This document shows, in pieces, positions 39,743-55,791 of a stretch of 64,000 nt of DNA; positions within the stretch are counted from its first letter, which is position 1, and each line of letters opens with the position of its first letter. A program made the position numbers and the translations under genes. The notes below the pieces were generated by a model. The model saw nothing but the letters and a program-made list of their open reading frames with translations, made no database searches and was not told the DNA's origin. The DNA lies in NCBI GenBank assembly GCA_951406725.2, contig OX597832.1:18476001-18540000 (forward strand), in the 5' to 3' direction. Source of the DNA: Octopus vulgaris. Lineage: Eukaryota.

Positions 39743-39954
39743 AATAAATAGATATATAGATAGATATATGTATATATATAATCCTAAATCTACATCAACT
39801 TTTTAAATTGCATTCTTTTACAAAAATACTCACGATTCCAATATACTTTAATCACTGGTAAGTTATTTCATCACTGTATATAGATACAAACATATATACA
39901 AATATACATTTAAATATATATAAATATATATGTATATATATTATATATTATATA

Positions 39955-40080
<126 letters not shown>

Positions 40081-40618
40081 AGTTTGCGTGTATGTGGACA
40101 GAAATGCGTGTTTGAATGCGAGCGTGTCCTCTACGTGTGACTTCTTACGTGTGTATAAACATATACAATAACGGACGTAAAAAAATACGTCATGACACGA
40201 ATAACAGAAAAAGGTAACAATAAATATTATGAGTATATAGAAAAAAAAATATATGAGACAAACAATAAAAAAATATATGCAAAAGAAAAAAAAATGTTCA
40301 CCATTGACCATCCCTTGCCGTCACATTTTTTCCCGCTTGGTTAGATTGTCACCATCACTGGAGTCACCTAACTTTCATTGTTGGGTTTCGCGTGGGATTA
40401 GGCAGCAGACTGACGCCAGCTCTCGAATTTACACCAGTGCATAAGATTACATTATGGCGTTTGTCGTCTTTGTTTTATCGCTTTACATCCTACTTGCATT
40501 TGTTTATACACAAACACACACAAACACACACACACACACACACAAAAACACGAACACACACATACACACGCACCTTCACACACATAGATATATACATACA
40601 CACATACATACATACATC

Positions 40619-40681
<63 letters not shown>

Positions 40682-41006
40682 AACATATATGTACGTACAC
40701 ACAGACACATACACATATACATGTAGAGGCATAGGTACGTACGTACGTATGTATGTATGTATGTATATATATATGAATGTATATATGTATATATGTATGC
40801 ACGTATGTATGTATGTATGTATGTATGTGTATAGTTTAATTTCATATTGGTAACCGCTTTTGTAAGAATAATTGAGATAACACAGCGGAGACATAAGTGA
40901 ATATATACCTATGTGTTTCTAGCTATCTTGCTAGCTAGTTATCTAATTATATATCCACCCATCTTCTTCCTCGTTCTCTCTATCTCCATACGTACACACA
41001 TACATA

Positions 41007-41080
<74 letters not shown>

Positions 41081-42105
41081 CAATTTTGATTTTGTGTGGA
41101 TTCTATATTTCGTTGTGCTTAAAAACATCCTCTCCACCCGGCTCCGACAGAAAGGTAATGGCGAACTTCTGCTGACTCTTTCCACACAACTGTGTCTCGC
41201 TCTTTCCTCTACATCTTGCAGCTCACCTGCGACGGACCAGCGTCTCGTCAAGGTGGGGAACCTATACGCCAACGAAACCGAGAAACCAGTTATCAAGTTA
41301 AGGGTGCCGAACTGGCAGCATCATCAGCAAGCCGGGCAAAATGCTTACCGGCATTTCCTTCGTTCCTATGATCTAAGTTCAAATGAAGCCGGGGTCGGCT
41401 TTACCATTTACCCTTTCGGGGTTGACATTGCTTTTTACACTTTCGAGGTCGATCAAATAAGTACGTGTTGATCACTGGAAATGATCGCATCGACTTATGC
41501 CCTCCCCTGAAATTGCTAACCTAGTGCCAAAATGTAACATCATTAAGTACTCAAGTCTTGTAATTAGACTTGTACAGGTAGTGGTATTATAGTCTATGCG
41601 AAGTAGTCTAATTTATCATGTAAAATTGCAGATTGTTGACACTAGTTTTAGAATTACTGCACCAGGACAAAATGTAAGACAAGATTTTACAAGCGTAACG
41701 ATACGTTCATCTTAGAGTGCTATAAAATGAAAACATTATTTAAAGAATATTGCCACAAGTAGTAAAAGATCATTCTTTATTGTAGAAACACAAGATATAC
41801 CGAGAAAATCATTAAAACTTTTTAATGAAAACATCGACTCCATCTGGATAGAGGCGCACTAAATGCATCCTTATATTTCTGAACAAAGAAGATAGTGTCC
41901 CTCGCTTAGAGCTGAGTGGGAACACTATCCCCCTTGTCCTGAAATATGAGGACGCAATCAGTACCTAGAGAACCAGCTGGAGACGATGTTTAACTGGGGC
42001 TAAATAACAGCTACATTGGTCCTAATCGGGGCTGCTGCAATTTTAAGTTGGCAAATAAACTTTACTTTCTCTCTCTCTTTCTCTCTTGCTCTCTGTTTGT
42101 ATGTA

Positions 42106-42171
<66 letters not shown>

Positions 42172-42275
42172 TATATAAAGTTAATCCATACAAGAAAACA
42201 AAAAGTCACAACAACGCAAGGACATGGAACAAATAAAGTATTATTGGACGCTCAGGAAAGAAGGGAAGATGGAGG

Positions 42276-42310
42276 GTTTAACGTTTCGAGCGGAGCTCTT
42301 CGTCGGAAAC
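42276..42310 (-). ncRNA. Hammerhead-like motif (duplicate of 31253-31287)
   Basis: Identical sequence. Confidence 0.6.
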
Positions 42311-42394
42311 ATAGGATAAGAATAGATCCCGAGAAGGGAAGACAGAGGAAAAAAACGCCAGTGGTACTCACGAGGTCACATACTGAAAGTATTA

Positions 42395-42449
<55 letters not shown>

Positions 42450-42450
<1 letters not shown>

Positions 42451-43609
42451 TAGCATTAAAGATCCGTCGTTGCCGAGTCATAGTGCTAGTGCATGTATAT
42501 ATGTATATATATATGTGTGTACATATTACATTGAAATCGATATATATACATCTACACATAAAATGCAAACTACAAAGTTATATCTTGATATCGCTAGTGA
42601 TAACAATACTCAAAATATATAAAAGACTGGAATTGTTAGCCCGTCTCTTGTAATTTCGTTCAATTGTATCTTGTCCTTCCTTTTGTGTAGAAGTGTGACT
42701 ACAATCCAGCCTACCTCTACTTCGGGGCGGGTGCATTTAAAATGTTTTTTTCAGGGACGTCCTACGTCCCAGATATAAAGGTAAAAACAAAATATTTCCA
42801 CTTTGCCAGTTCGATTCGAGTACTCCCTTGCACGCTCCGTTGACTCGAATCTTGCTTCTATTGTGGCGAATTTACCGCCTCTGATTAGATATTTTTCATA
42901 GTCCCACCAAGACACTTTTCGAAGGTGCTTTCCTCCATGTGTTCAAATCTTCTTTTTTCTCTACATTGTATACTTTATAGACAATAGTCTTTTCTTTAAT
43001 TTAATTTTTTATTATCCATCAGGACTATTCCATTTCTGCACGCTAATTTTATTTTTAATTTATTCCCATTCATGTGAAACCACTTATTCAAGTTAAAATC
43101 ATTGATGCAATTTTATACCAATTGCTATTTTTACTTTTGTTATGTAACGATTATATTATACATTAGTTTGATTTTAATTATTACTTACTACATAAAATTC
43201 AATTGTTATTATTATTTTTATTGATAAAGTGAAAGCATTTGACATAAAATAGAGAAATATTTTTGTTTCACTTTTAACACGTAATACTGAAATAGTGGAG
43301 AAGATATGATATTGCTATGGGCTTGCATGGACCCTAAGCAACATTGACCCTAAGCCAGGCATGTGTAAAATTTGAATGAAATTGGTTGTGTAGTTCTAAA
43401 GTTTTAGGGAATCGTAGTGGAGAAGATATGTTATTGCTATGGGCTAGCGCTAGGCAAAATGTTAACGTTTTTTGCCGATGACACTCCCCGGACCCTAAGT
43501 AATGCATGTGTATAATTTGAATGAAATTGATTGCGTAGTTCTCAAGTTTTAGGGAAACACACAGACAGACAGACACACACACGTTCTCAGTTTTATATAT
43601 ATATAAAGA
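42450..43609 (-). mobile_element. Non-autonomous Helitron (~1.16 kb) inserted in (TA)n; gap-truncated copy at 31426-32226
   Basis: Minus strand starts A|TCTTTATATATATATAAAACTGAG with a (TGTC)n tract. It has internal direct repeats (TAGTGGAGAAGATATG; GGACCCTAAG) and ends with hairpin GACTCGGCAACGACGGATC then CTAG|T. Confidence 0.7.
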
Positions 43610-44169
43610 TATATAGATATATGTATATACATATATATGTATGTATGTGTGCATGTATCTATATGTATATCATTCTGTATAAACTTAAGGAGGTTATATA
43701 TTAGCAATGGAACAATAATGAATTTCGTACAGGTGTATGGTACTGATGAGCAAAATCTATTGGTAGAGCGTGAAGATTTTCCAGCACGTTGATTTGCTAA
43801 ATGCGAATCTTTTGCTGAATGTGTAATTCCCAGCATGGATAGAAGAATTACCTTTTAAATGGTATTAAAAAAATGAGCAACAAACTGGCGTCACAAGCAG
43901 ACACAGGGTGTGTAAATTAACGTAATAAGCGATGGAAGCAGGTATTTACAGGCATAAATACACTGCACACACACACAGACAAAAACAAACACACACGTGA
44001 ACACACACACACACGAACATATATATAACTGCAGCATTTCCTATCTGTTGCATATTTAACTATGTTGTACTACTTGATCCGAATGTGTGCAACATAAGAA
44101 GTCTTAAAAAACCGTAACATCTTCGAATCAATCTTTAGATCTCCAATCAATATATCATTTCATGTATTC

Positions 44170-44318
44170 GTTTGTATGCATATGCATATATATATATATG
44201 TATATACATATACATATATATATATACACACACGCACACAAACACATATATATACACACACATATATATATATATCATATATATATGTGTATAAATATAT
44301 ATACATGTATATATATAT

Positions 44319-44365
<47 letters not shown>

Positions 44366-44662
44366 TTTCATCCTTCAGTAGAACACTTTGTAATATATCT
44401 AAAAGCATTTCCATATGTGTATGCCTTTGATCTGTTAGTAATTAAAATAATTATATTTCGCTCGATTAGTTATATATCTTAGCAGGTATCGATCTATAAA
44501 GACATTACTTTTTAGAATTTTCTAAATACAATATCGAAAACCTTGATTCATTTTGTTTTGTTTTGTGTTGTTTGTCTTCTGTTAAACGAGTTTGTTCTTT
44601 TTGTAGTTCTTGTTTGAAGATTATAGGAGTTAGACATGGCACGAAACGCGCGTGTGTGTCTT

Positions 44663-44729
<67 letters not shown>

Positions 44730-44742
44730 GTATGTATGTATA

Positions 44743-44777
<35 letters not shown>

Positions 44778-44796
44778 GTATAGCTCCTACACGCAT

Positions 44797-44891
<95 letters not shown>

Positions 44892-44912
44892 GATATATAT
44901 ACATATATATTC

Positions 44913-44957
<45 letters not shown>

Positions 44958-45157
44958 CATATATATATTCATATGCATACATATATCTATATATATGTAT
45001 ATATGTATATATATGTACCCACGTATGTATATGTGCGTAGGTATTATATATAAAGGGTGTAAATGCATGTGTATATATATGAATATCTATATACATATAT
45101 GCCACTACACACACACACACATATATATGTATATATATATGTGTGTGTGTGTGTATG

Positions 45158-45190
<33 letters not shown>

Positions 45191-45390
45191 ATGTATGTGT
45201 GCGTGTACATATATAGTACATATATATATGAGAGCTGGCAGACACATGATTACATATACTTGTGAATATGTGTCAGGTGAAAACAATATTGATAAAGTGT
45301 ATCGTCAATACGTACACACGTGTGTGTCTGTATCTGTGTATCAGTGTATGTGTGTTTATGTATTCTTGCAAATTTCCACTTACCTATTTA

Positions 45391-45428
<38 letters not shown>

Positions 45429-46183
45429 TGTTCATACGCATAAAACGTACTAAAAGTAATATAATATATAATTTATAAGATGATCATTACTTAGATCAAA
45501 AGAAATCACTAAGAAGCTTAGCCGTATCGGCCTCGTACATTATATTTTCATCTACATAGAAAATTATCTTGATGATATAAGGGAAGATGTATGTTTAAAG
45601 CATGAAACACAGATTTTATCGGACATTTTAATTTAATATTTACGTAATATGCGCATGGATTAAGTAAGGCGCCATTGCAAATCAATATGTTATATGTGTC
45701 CATATGCTTTGACGTACACTCATATATACATACGCGCACATAATCATGAGGATTGACGTAAATTTGCGTATGTGTTTTTGAACTATATCGCTGGTTATTG
45801 ATTATGTGAGAGTTACTTGAAATCCATCTTTTAATTACGTCCAAATATGTCGCAATTAAATTGATGTATATATTCCTAATTCGTGCATGAGCAATCATAC
45901 ACACTCAGGCATAACATATTGTTGTATATGGCTATAAATTTAGAGAGACATGCATACAGTGTGACAGAGAAACACATTGGTAGACAGGAAGATAGATAGA
46001 AAGGTAGGTTGTTAGGTAGGTAGATAGATAGATAGATAGATACATACATACATGCATACATACATACATACATACATACATACATACATACACCGAAAAA
46101 GATATATATATATACAGAGACAGAGACAGAGAAAGACAAACATACACACATACACACATACAGATAGATAGATATATAGATAT

Positions 46184-46280
<97 letters not shown>

Positions 46281-46487
46281 TAGATAGATAGATACATACA
46301 TACATACATACATACATACATACATACATACATACATACATACATACATGCATACATACATAGAGCGATGGATAAATGAATAAAATGATAGATAGATGGA
46401 TAGATATATAAACAAGTAGATAGATACATACATATATACATACATAGAAAAATAGATAGATAGAGACAGACAGATAGACAGACAGAC

Positions 46488-46579
<92 letters not shown>

Positions 46580-46580
46580 C
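44170..46580. repeat. Large compound microsatellite block: (TA)n, (TG)n, (TACA)n, (GATA)n/(GACA)n
   Basis: Direct inspection. It is the source of the long YI/IYLS pseudo-ORFs. Confidence 0.95.
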
Positions 46581-47000
46581 TGTTTTATAGTTTCCGAACG
46601 TGTGCTTTCAAAAAGTAGTCCACTGGATGGCCTATATGATTTTGTACTTCCGTTTCTGAATTGAGACTGAATTAAGCTCACTAAATGAATCATTAGAAAT
46701 AGTAACAATATTTTCACCACACATTCTTAATCGTGATGTATTAAATTAGTTCCCAAATTGCAAATAAAAGCTGTTACATATTTCTCTGTTTTAAGATTCA
46801 TCCTCACCCGACAAGATGAGACAAAACAACACCAGCAACATAAACACCAAACAACTCCAATACTGACGATGGTTCAAAATTTTTGGTACAGGGTCACTTG
46901 CTTTTGGAGGGAGGAGAGATCGATGACATATACCACGCTGTTCTTATTTTATGAACGCCATTATTTGAACGTGCTAACGACACTGCCAGCCCACACGTTC

Positions 47001-47015
47001 CTAATAATAATAATA

Positions 47016-47046
<31 letters not shown>

Positions 47047-47048
47047 TC

Positions 47049-47094
<46 letters not shown>

Positions 47095-47285
47095 TAATAA
47101 CAATAATTTCTCCTAAAGGCACGAAGCATAACATTTTGGGGGAGAAGACAGGCCGATTGCATCGACTCCAAAGTTTCACTGGTACTTAATTTATCGAGCC
47201 CCAAATGATGAAAGTCCAAACCTCGAAAGAATTTGACCTCAGAACTCAAAGATAGACGAACATACTGTTGAGAACATGCTGCTAG
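47001..47285 (-). mobile_element. (AAT)n array with an adjoining family-N SINE fragment
   Basis: (AAT)n at 47002-47105. Family-N core ACTGGTACTTAATTTATCGA at ~47178. Confidence 0.65.
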
Positions 47286-48525
47286 GGTAGCTGTGACCTC
47301 GAAATTTAACATACAAGGGCCTTCAGTGAGATCAGTAAAATTGATAGAACAATGATCAAGCTTCCCATGGATCACCATATGTATCGCTTGAAGTCAGATA
47401 TACAGGAAGACATATATTTCGCTGTTTGGTAGAGCTCTCATTCACTTCGTCAAGTCTAACTTGAAAGGGAAACTAAGGAGAAGGAAGAGTTGTACTTGAG
47501 TTAGTTTATTGAAATGTGGATAAAAGTTGCAAAAATGGCAAGAGTGTATTGTTCTACCCTAAGTGTAGACCTATGAATCCTACAGAAGGAATTGTAGAGG
47601 GCATTTGCTCCTGGGGTTTCAGAAAAATCTTGGACTGTGGGGTTCCTCGATTATTCCTAGAGGCCTGCCTGTATCAGGAGGGCAACGAATCTATCATCCT
47701 CCTAGCCTCATTTACTTTTAAAACTTCTGTATGCTGTGCATATGTCTCTTTTTTTTCAGCCTATACAGTGTATGCTAAACTTTCTTTCATTTTTCCTTAT
47801 CATTTCCCTATATGTAAACCCGCAACACCCTTGTGTTATTTGCCCTTGTGGCAAATAAATGGACTCATCATCATCATCATAATTATCTTCGTGGCTGTTG
47901 TTATAATCATCATTCTTCTAACTGATATCATCACCACCACTTCCCTTAACGATGTCAAGCGTGAAGGCTGCAAGACTTGCTTCGGAATAGTAGCTAAATC
48001 TCCATCATATTGCATACTAGCATAATAAGGCAAGATATATTCAGAAGTACCGTTTCACGCCCGAAAGAAAAGAAACGAAACAGAATAGTCACCATTGGAA
48101 AAAGATTTGACTCTTTATTTACATAAATGCGTGTGAACTTAGGGCGAAAGAGATACAACGTCAACAACAAAGAGAGAGTCAGTAATATATGAAGAAAAAG
48201 CATCTAAATGATATCTATTATAATGGATGATAAAATGGAACATCATTTGATGATATATTCAAGATCACTCCTTCGGCTTTAGATGTGTGTTTGTTCAGGA
48301 ATGCTTCTCCTAAGAGGTGTTAACTTAGGATAAACAAGAGCAACGTCAGCTATATACAGTCGATGTCAAAAGTTTGGAACGAAGGTCTGAAAATTAGAAT
48401 TTTTATATGAATGCATTAACTTTTATTTAATTTTTAATATATTATTACTTGGCCAAAAGTTTGGAGCATAGGTCTGAAAATTAAGATTTTTATATTAAAT
48501 GCTTAAAATTATATATCATTTATAA

Positions 48526-49611
48526 CACTAGGCAACAAAAAAGCATTTATTGTCCGCTACCCAGACAAATGGTGCTGTAATAAACTAAATCGCGTACGCT
48601 GATTTCGAAAAGGAAATGTTTGCCTGGATCCCGAAACTTTTGCATTTTTCTATAGCAATGCTAGGTCTCTTAATAAATCGTTCAAATCTTCTTGATTAAA
48701 CAAGCATGGTTCATTTTTCTTAGAATCAACTACGTACTCTTCGTCGATAGGAGAACCAGGGGGTTCATCGTCCGACGTGTCGAGGTCTTCAACTGAATCA
48801 TATGAGAAGAGAACTAGGGCAGGGTTCTCTAAGCTATGTGGGACCGGCTTTAGAGCCGATTAACAATATGCATACACAATTTTTCTATTGATTTTTATTT
48901 TTATTTTTTTGAGAAACCTGTAATATTAGTCATGCAAAAGTGATAGACAGAGAAAAGATTGGTTGGTTCACGTCATACCATTGGTACAGCAAAAGGCATT
49001 TCCTTCCGTTTTCCATTCAGCCACTGAGTAAGTCCTGCACGGAGCAGCATATATATGAGGTACCCACCTATTTCCACCAGAAATAATACTCACACACTCG
49101 AAATAATATTGATAGGTAGTTTTTAATTTGGTGGTAATGTTCTTCTGCTGGTCACGCAGAGCAAATTTTCCACAGACATAACAAAAGTTGTCTGGGCGAT
49201 TCACACAGCGTCACCTATCCATGATCTAGCACAATGAACCCAGTTAAAACAGTAATCACGCAGTGAGAGAGGAACACATACTACACATGACGGCAGCGCA
49301 AAAGACACTGAGAGTTACCAAGAACAAACTGACGTAATTAGCGCTTGCATAAAATTGGTCAGCGCCATCTATTGCTAAAATAAATAATAAACATTCCCAT
49401 TGTTTCTTTCATTCTTGTTATTTCTTTAATTTTTAATTAAGACCTCTTTCATTTTAGCAAATTTTATAATACGCCCTATATCTACCCAAAAGTATAGTTA
49501 TAAAAGTCCTGACTTGCTAGAATAATTCTGAGGGCGGATTCGAAATCAGCGTCTTCGATATAGTCTAAACCACATGCCTTTCCCCTTGTAGCAAATCGTT
49601 TTTATCGAGTG
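48526..49611 (-). mobile_element. Chapaev3-type (CMC superfamily) DNA transposon, internally deleted
   Basis: CAC..GTG termini and TAA TSD (48523-48525, 49612-49614). Perfect subterminal IR ACGCTGATTTCGAA (48596-48609) / TTCGAAATCAGCGT (49539-49552). Contains a transposase N-terminal remnant. Confidence 0.8.
48620..49222 (-). pseudogene. Transposase N-terminal zinc-finger remnant (Chapaev3-like)
   Basis: MDR*RCVNRPDNFCYVCGKF..YQYYF..WVPH / QWLNGKRKEMPFAVPMV*REPTN..HFC / SALKPVPHS / FNQEDLNDLLRDL, with stops and frameshifts. No catalytic domain is present. Confidence 0.8.
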
Positions 49612-49947
49612 TAATATATTATGACTTGGACACAAGGTTGAAACATAGGTCTGAAAATAGGAATTGAACCATTAGACAGGTGATTACGTAAGTATATATA
49701 TATGCTGTCTATATTTGAATCGAATTGTACTTATGCATAAAAATTTTAATTTAAAAAAATAAACATTTAGATCTTTTGGCCCCGGCTGTAATTGCTGTAA
49801 TATTTTACCAACAGCTACTACAATAAGTAGTGATGAAGATTGCAAGTATCTGCTGAAAAATATTTTGTAACATAACAACGTAAATGACAGGCTAGAACTC
49901 TGTGGAACGCCTTTCAATTTATGACTATCAACGTAAGGTGGACCTGT

Positions 49948-50251
49948 TTTTTTTCAAGCCTAGCTAGGCTCATGGGCACGGTGTCCATGTTCCTGTGGCG
50001 TATGAGTTCTCACTGAGCTGGATGGGACGCCAGTCCACCGCAGCGTTACTCAAGAAACAAGAAAAGAGAGAGGGAGAGAAAGTTGTGGCGAAAGACTACA
50101 ACAGGGGTCGCCACCATCCTTTGCCGGAACCTCATGGGGCTTTTAGGTATTTTCGCTCAATAAATACACACAACGCCTGGTTTGGGAATCGAAACCGCGA
50201 TCCTCCAACCGCGAGTCCGCTGTTCTAACCACTGGGCCATTGCGCCTTCAC
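49948..50251 (-). mobile_element. Chimeric tRNA SINE: family A head and body with family D-type tail
   Basis: Perfect 13-bp TSD AAGGTGGACCTGT at 49935-49947 and 50253-50265. Confidence 0.85.
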
Positions 50252-50664
50252 AAAGGTGGACCTGTCGATAAACAAAACTATAAACAAGACCAGCAGTAAC
50301 AATGGAAATGAAATGTGTACAGTTGTGTTACGAAATGTGCCTGCAGTTTGTTGATTCCTGCATGAGGTTTGACGCTTTCTTCGATGTAACGCTCCTTACA
50401 CCACAGATTGGATGTATTGAATTACAACAGATTTCATGTTGTTTACATTGATATCAGGAACCACAAACACAACACTGTTATTATTATTATTATTATTTTG
50501 CTTGTTTCTGTTGATGATGGATTAGGGGGCTTAGCGGCAGAGGGTGTAATGGGGCAGGAGTTTCTTTTTCTTTCGTTTTTAATTTTTCGTATTTTTTTTT
50601 TCGTTTATGACACACCATCAGATTTTCCCACTGTGAATGAACTATATAAGTGATAATAAAACAG

Positions 50665-50756
50665 AAACAACAAGACAATAACAACAACAACATCAACAAC
50701 AACAATAATAATAATAATAATATTCATAATGATAATAATAATAATATAATAATAAT

Positions 50757-50842
<86 letters not shown>

Positions 50843-50885
50843 TAATAATAATGATAATAATAATAATAATAATAACAACTATAAT
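50665..50885. repeat. (AAC)/(AAT)n microsatellite
   Basis: Direct inspection. Confidence 0.95.
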
Positions 50886-51079
50886 TTCTGTTTTGTTAAT
50901 AATGATTTCTTTATTAATCACATGGGTCTACATTAAGAAAAACATTATGGACAGTACAGGTCAAAGCAAAGAATGTGCATGTGTATGTGTGAGTTTGGGC
51001 TGTCGTGAGGGTTTTGCGTGTTAACAAGTCTAACAAAATTGAAAAAAAATATAAAAAATAATATTGTTGATAATCTTTC

Positions 51080-51287
51080 TGCTATAGGGACAAGACCACA
51101 AATTTGTGGGGAGGAGGACTAGTAGATTACATCATCCCCAGTATTTCATTGGTACTTCATTTATCAACCCCGTATTGATGAAAGGCAAAAATTGACCTCG
51201 GTAGAATTTGAACTCTGACCGTAGCGACCTGCGAAATACTGCTAAGCATTTTGATCATCGTGCTAACGATTCTGCCAGCTCGCCACC

Positions 51288-51369
<82 letters not shown>

Positions 51370-51433
51370 TAACAATGATGATGATGATGATGATGATGAT
51401 GATGTCGATGACGAAAACGACGACGACGACGAC

Positions 51434-51475
<42 letters not shown>

Positions 51476-51486
51476 AATAATAAAAT
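51080..51486 (-). mobile_element. Family-N SINE (51080-51286) abutting an (AAT)n(GAT)n(GAC)n array
   Basis: Head TGCCAGCTCGCCACC at 51273-51287, with the array directly beyond it. Confidence 0.8.
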
Positions 51487-51859
51487 TATATAGCGAAAGA
51501 TTGCATCTGTAATATAAAGAAATATAAGAACAGAATCAACAAATATAACACCAGCATGTTCCTTTAAATAAATATCAATTAAATATCAAATAACAAAAAA
51601 GAAAAAAAAATAATGTTTAAAAGAACAACTGAAAAGAAGACGGCAATCAAATGTGAAAGTAATTAAATGAAAGGCTAAAGTAATAGATTAAATGAAAGAT
51701 AAAGGGGTGAAGGCAAGTGTAGATAACTCTGACAGGATACAGCGACAGCGGTTGGCCGCTGTGATATTTGATCCTAATCATGTAATTTTTCACTGTCTTT
51801 ATTACATAGAAGCCTTCTTGTCTTTCCCTTCCTCTATTTGTGTTTCTATCTCCCTCGCC

Positions 51860-52980
<1,121 letters not shown>

Positions 52981-53279
52981 CGCTTGCACGAATGCCTTTC
53001 CTTTTCTCCCTCGCCTTCCGTGCGACATCGTGTTATTCGATCCGACCCCGATTCCGTATCCCTTTTCCCTAAATCATCGTAATAAATTAGGACATATACA
53101 GACACTATCAGAGTAAATTAGCTAGTAAATTAGGGAGCTGTTGGAAGGGGCCATAAAAAAAAAGAAAAGAGTGTGAATATGTGTGGATATGGTGCGGGAA
53201 AGGGATCAATATGGCAGCTCGCAATTTGCCACCAATTGGTCATAGTATCATGAGCTCATCAAAGTATCCCCAAGGCGAT

Positions 53280-54120
53280 CTACCGCAGGAACCACACCTC
53301 CAAAGCCACTGTCACCACCACTACCATCGCCATTACTGTCGCCATTAATGCTAAAACAGTGGTGGACATGAACACCACAATGACGATCACCAGTGCTGCT
53401 GACGCTATCAACACGATGTCTTTTACGGCAGCACCGATTCCACCACCCACCATATGCCTCACCATTACTACCAGCATCCCCACCGCAACCAGCACCGCCA
53501 CCTCGTTATCAACAGCAGCAGCATCAACTCCGCCACCATCTCCGTAAGAAGAACAATCTCATCGGATTTTATTACCGAAATCGCCGCCACAATCTACGCC
53601 AAAACCACCACTACCACCACCACCACCATGTTAACCAGCATGGTCGCCGCCTCCACAATTGCAGAATACCACCAGCTTTACCACCACCAACGTAATTCCC
53701 GCTTTCCAAGAAAATCAGTCCCGTTTTTATCGTTACCACTTGGCACCTTCACCATTATTTCGATCAGCACCGCCGCCATCGCTACCAGCATGGTGTTTTT
53801 AATGTTATCACATATACCACCGGATCATAGTCTACTATTATAATACCACCAGTGCCACTACTAATACTACCATTCCCGCCATGACCAGCACTAATATAAA
53901 TAACAACACCATAACAACAAACATCAAACCGTCATCATACCTACAACCAAAACTTTGCGTAACTAACTGTGTACCAACACCATCCTACCCGCTACTGCTA
54001 CCACAACTACCACCATCATTACAACCACTACACGTATGATAATAATCCCTGTGTCATAAACCTCACTCCTTCCCCTATAATTGCCATCGCTACTATCAGC
54101 AACACCAATCCCTCTAATCC
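53280..54120. repeat. Degenerate (ACC)n-derived low-complexity region
   Basis: Periodic CAC/ACC triplets give Thr/His/Pro-rich reading in several frames, broken by stops. Confidence 0.7.
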
Positions 54121-54886
54121 TATCACTTTTCTAAATTGATATCAGAAAGGTCATCTCAGCAGCGCAAATGCAATCTGTCTGTTTATATGATGGGGAAAAG
54201 AACAATTCAATTAGATGGGTCGTTGTGTGGAAGAAGAAACACTTTTGCCTTCCTCGTAATGCGATGCAGATATTGTCTTTCAAAGCTAATAGTGGTTTCT
54301 GATTCAGACATAAATCCAAACAATTTGAGTAGAAGAGAACTAGTTGCTGCCATTTACCACATTATTTCACAGGTATTTTTTTTTATCAAGTACAGTACGA
54401 TGAAACGTAAGGTCAACGTCAGCAAGATTTGTGTACAAAATGTTGGAAGTGAGACTAAATACTACAGTTTATCCCTGGTCGTTTTTGCCTCCGATAGCCA
54501 TACTGTTATCGTTGGTTTTCGTTACACTCATCCACCGTAAAAGAACAAATAACGCTAAATCCTTCCTTGGAGATACTCAGACGCAGCATCTTGAAGAAGG
54601 CTTGTATACAATAAAAAATGAAACGATAACAACTATGATTGTACCATGTGATAACTTATATTAACGTCCGCGAAAATGGTCAGTAACTTAAAGTTAACGG
54701 CGAAGTTGACATCGGCGAGACTTGATTTTATACCGTCATGAGTTATGACACAAGACAGTATAAGGGATTTTATGATGTACAATTTTTTATGATTCTGGCA
54801 ATAAAATAACTGCACAATTTATACAAAATCTAGTCAAAAACTGAAAAGCATGAAAGTCAAAAAATTCACTAAACACGACAGGGGCC

Positions 54887-55290
54887 TTACTCTTTTACTT
54901 GTTTCAGTCATTTGACTGTGGCCATGCTGGAGCACCGCCTTTAGTCGAGCAAATCGACCCCGGGACTTATTCTTTGTAAGCCCATTACTTATTCTATCGG
55001 TCTCTTTGGCCGAACCGCTAAGTGACGGTGACGTAAACACACCAGCATCGGTTGTCAAGCAATGCTAGGGGGACAAACACAGACACACAAACATACACAC
55101 ACATACATATATATATACATATATACGACAGACTTCTTTCAGTTTCCGTCTACCAAATCCACTCACAAGGCATTGGTCGGCCCGAGGCTATAGCAGAAGA
55201 CACTTGGCCAAGGTGCCACGCAGTGGGACCGAACCCGGAACCATGTGGTTGGTAAGCAAGCTACTTACAACACAGCCACTCCTGCGCCTA
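54887..55290 (-). mobile_element. Family C SINE, full length
   Basis: Reverse-complement match to 12529-12960 across head, CORE-like part, microsatellite and tail. Confidence 0.9.
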
Positions 55291-55611
55291 TGTGAATATC
55301 CTTTGTCATTTCATGTTGAAATACGAGTTTATCCTGGTTCTTTTCTTTCTTTTATTTTTCAGTTACATCCTTCTACATTCTTTTTGTTTACATCATTCTG
55401 TTGATGACAACTTTACGCAAGATAATTCCCCATCGGAACAATATTGTGATTCACATAGGAAAGAAGATGCATGGCAGAATTTTGGCTGTGTACTTGTCTA
55501 TACTCAGTTCGATAATTGCACAGTTCGAACTTGATTTTTCATTTTTCTTGCGTATATAGAACGCGTATACAACTGGGATTGAGGCCATCATTATTAATTA
55601 CAAAGATGAAA

Positions 55612-55791
<180 letters not shown>

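Larger units (their letters stand above)
48357..49670 (+). repeat. ~87-bp tandem repeat (3 units, Tc1-like start) interrupted by the Chapaev element
   Basis: AAAAGTTTGGA..AGGTCTGAAAAT at 48368 and 48455, and a diverged third unit at ~49632. Confidence 0.7.

Noticed and set aside
45876-46720. Longest ORFs in the track (262 aa and 189 aa)
   Set aside because: They are read through (GATA)n/(TACA)n microsatellites. The signal-peptide-like start is probably chance.
51080-51370. Idea that family-N SINEs next to (AAT)n are mobilised by the Dong element
   Set aside because: Their sense-strand flank is (ATT)n, opposite to the Dong element's (AAT)n, and I see no shared 3' end.
53359-53843. Mucin-like Thr/Ala/Pro or His-rich ORFs
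   Set aside because: This is a degenerate (ACC)n repeat open in several frames, with stops and no splice or domain support.
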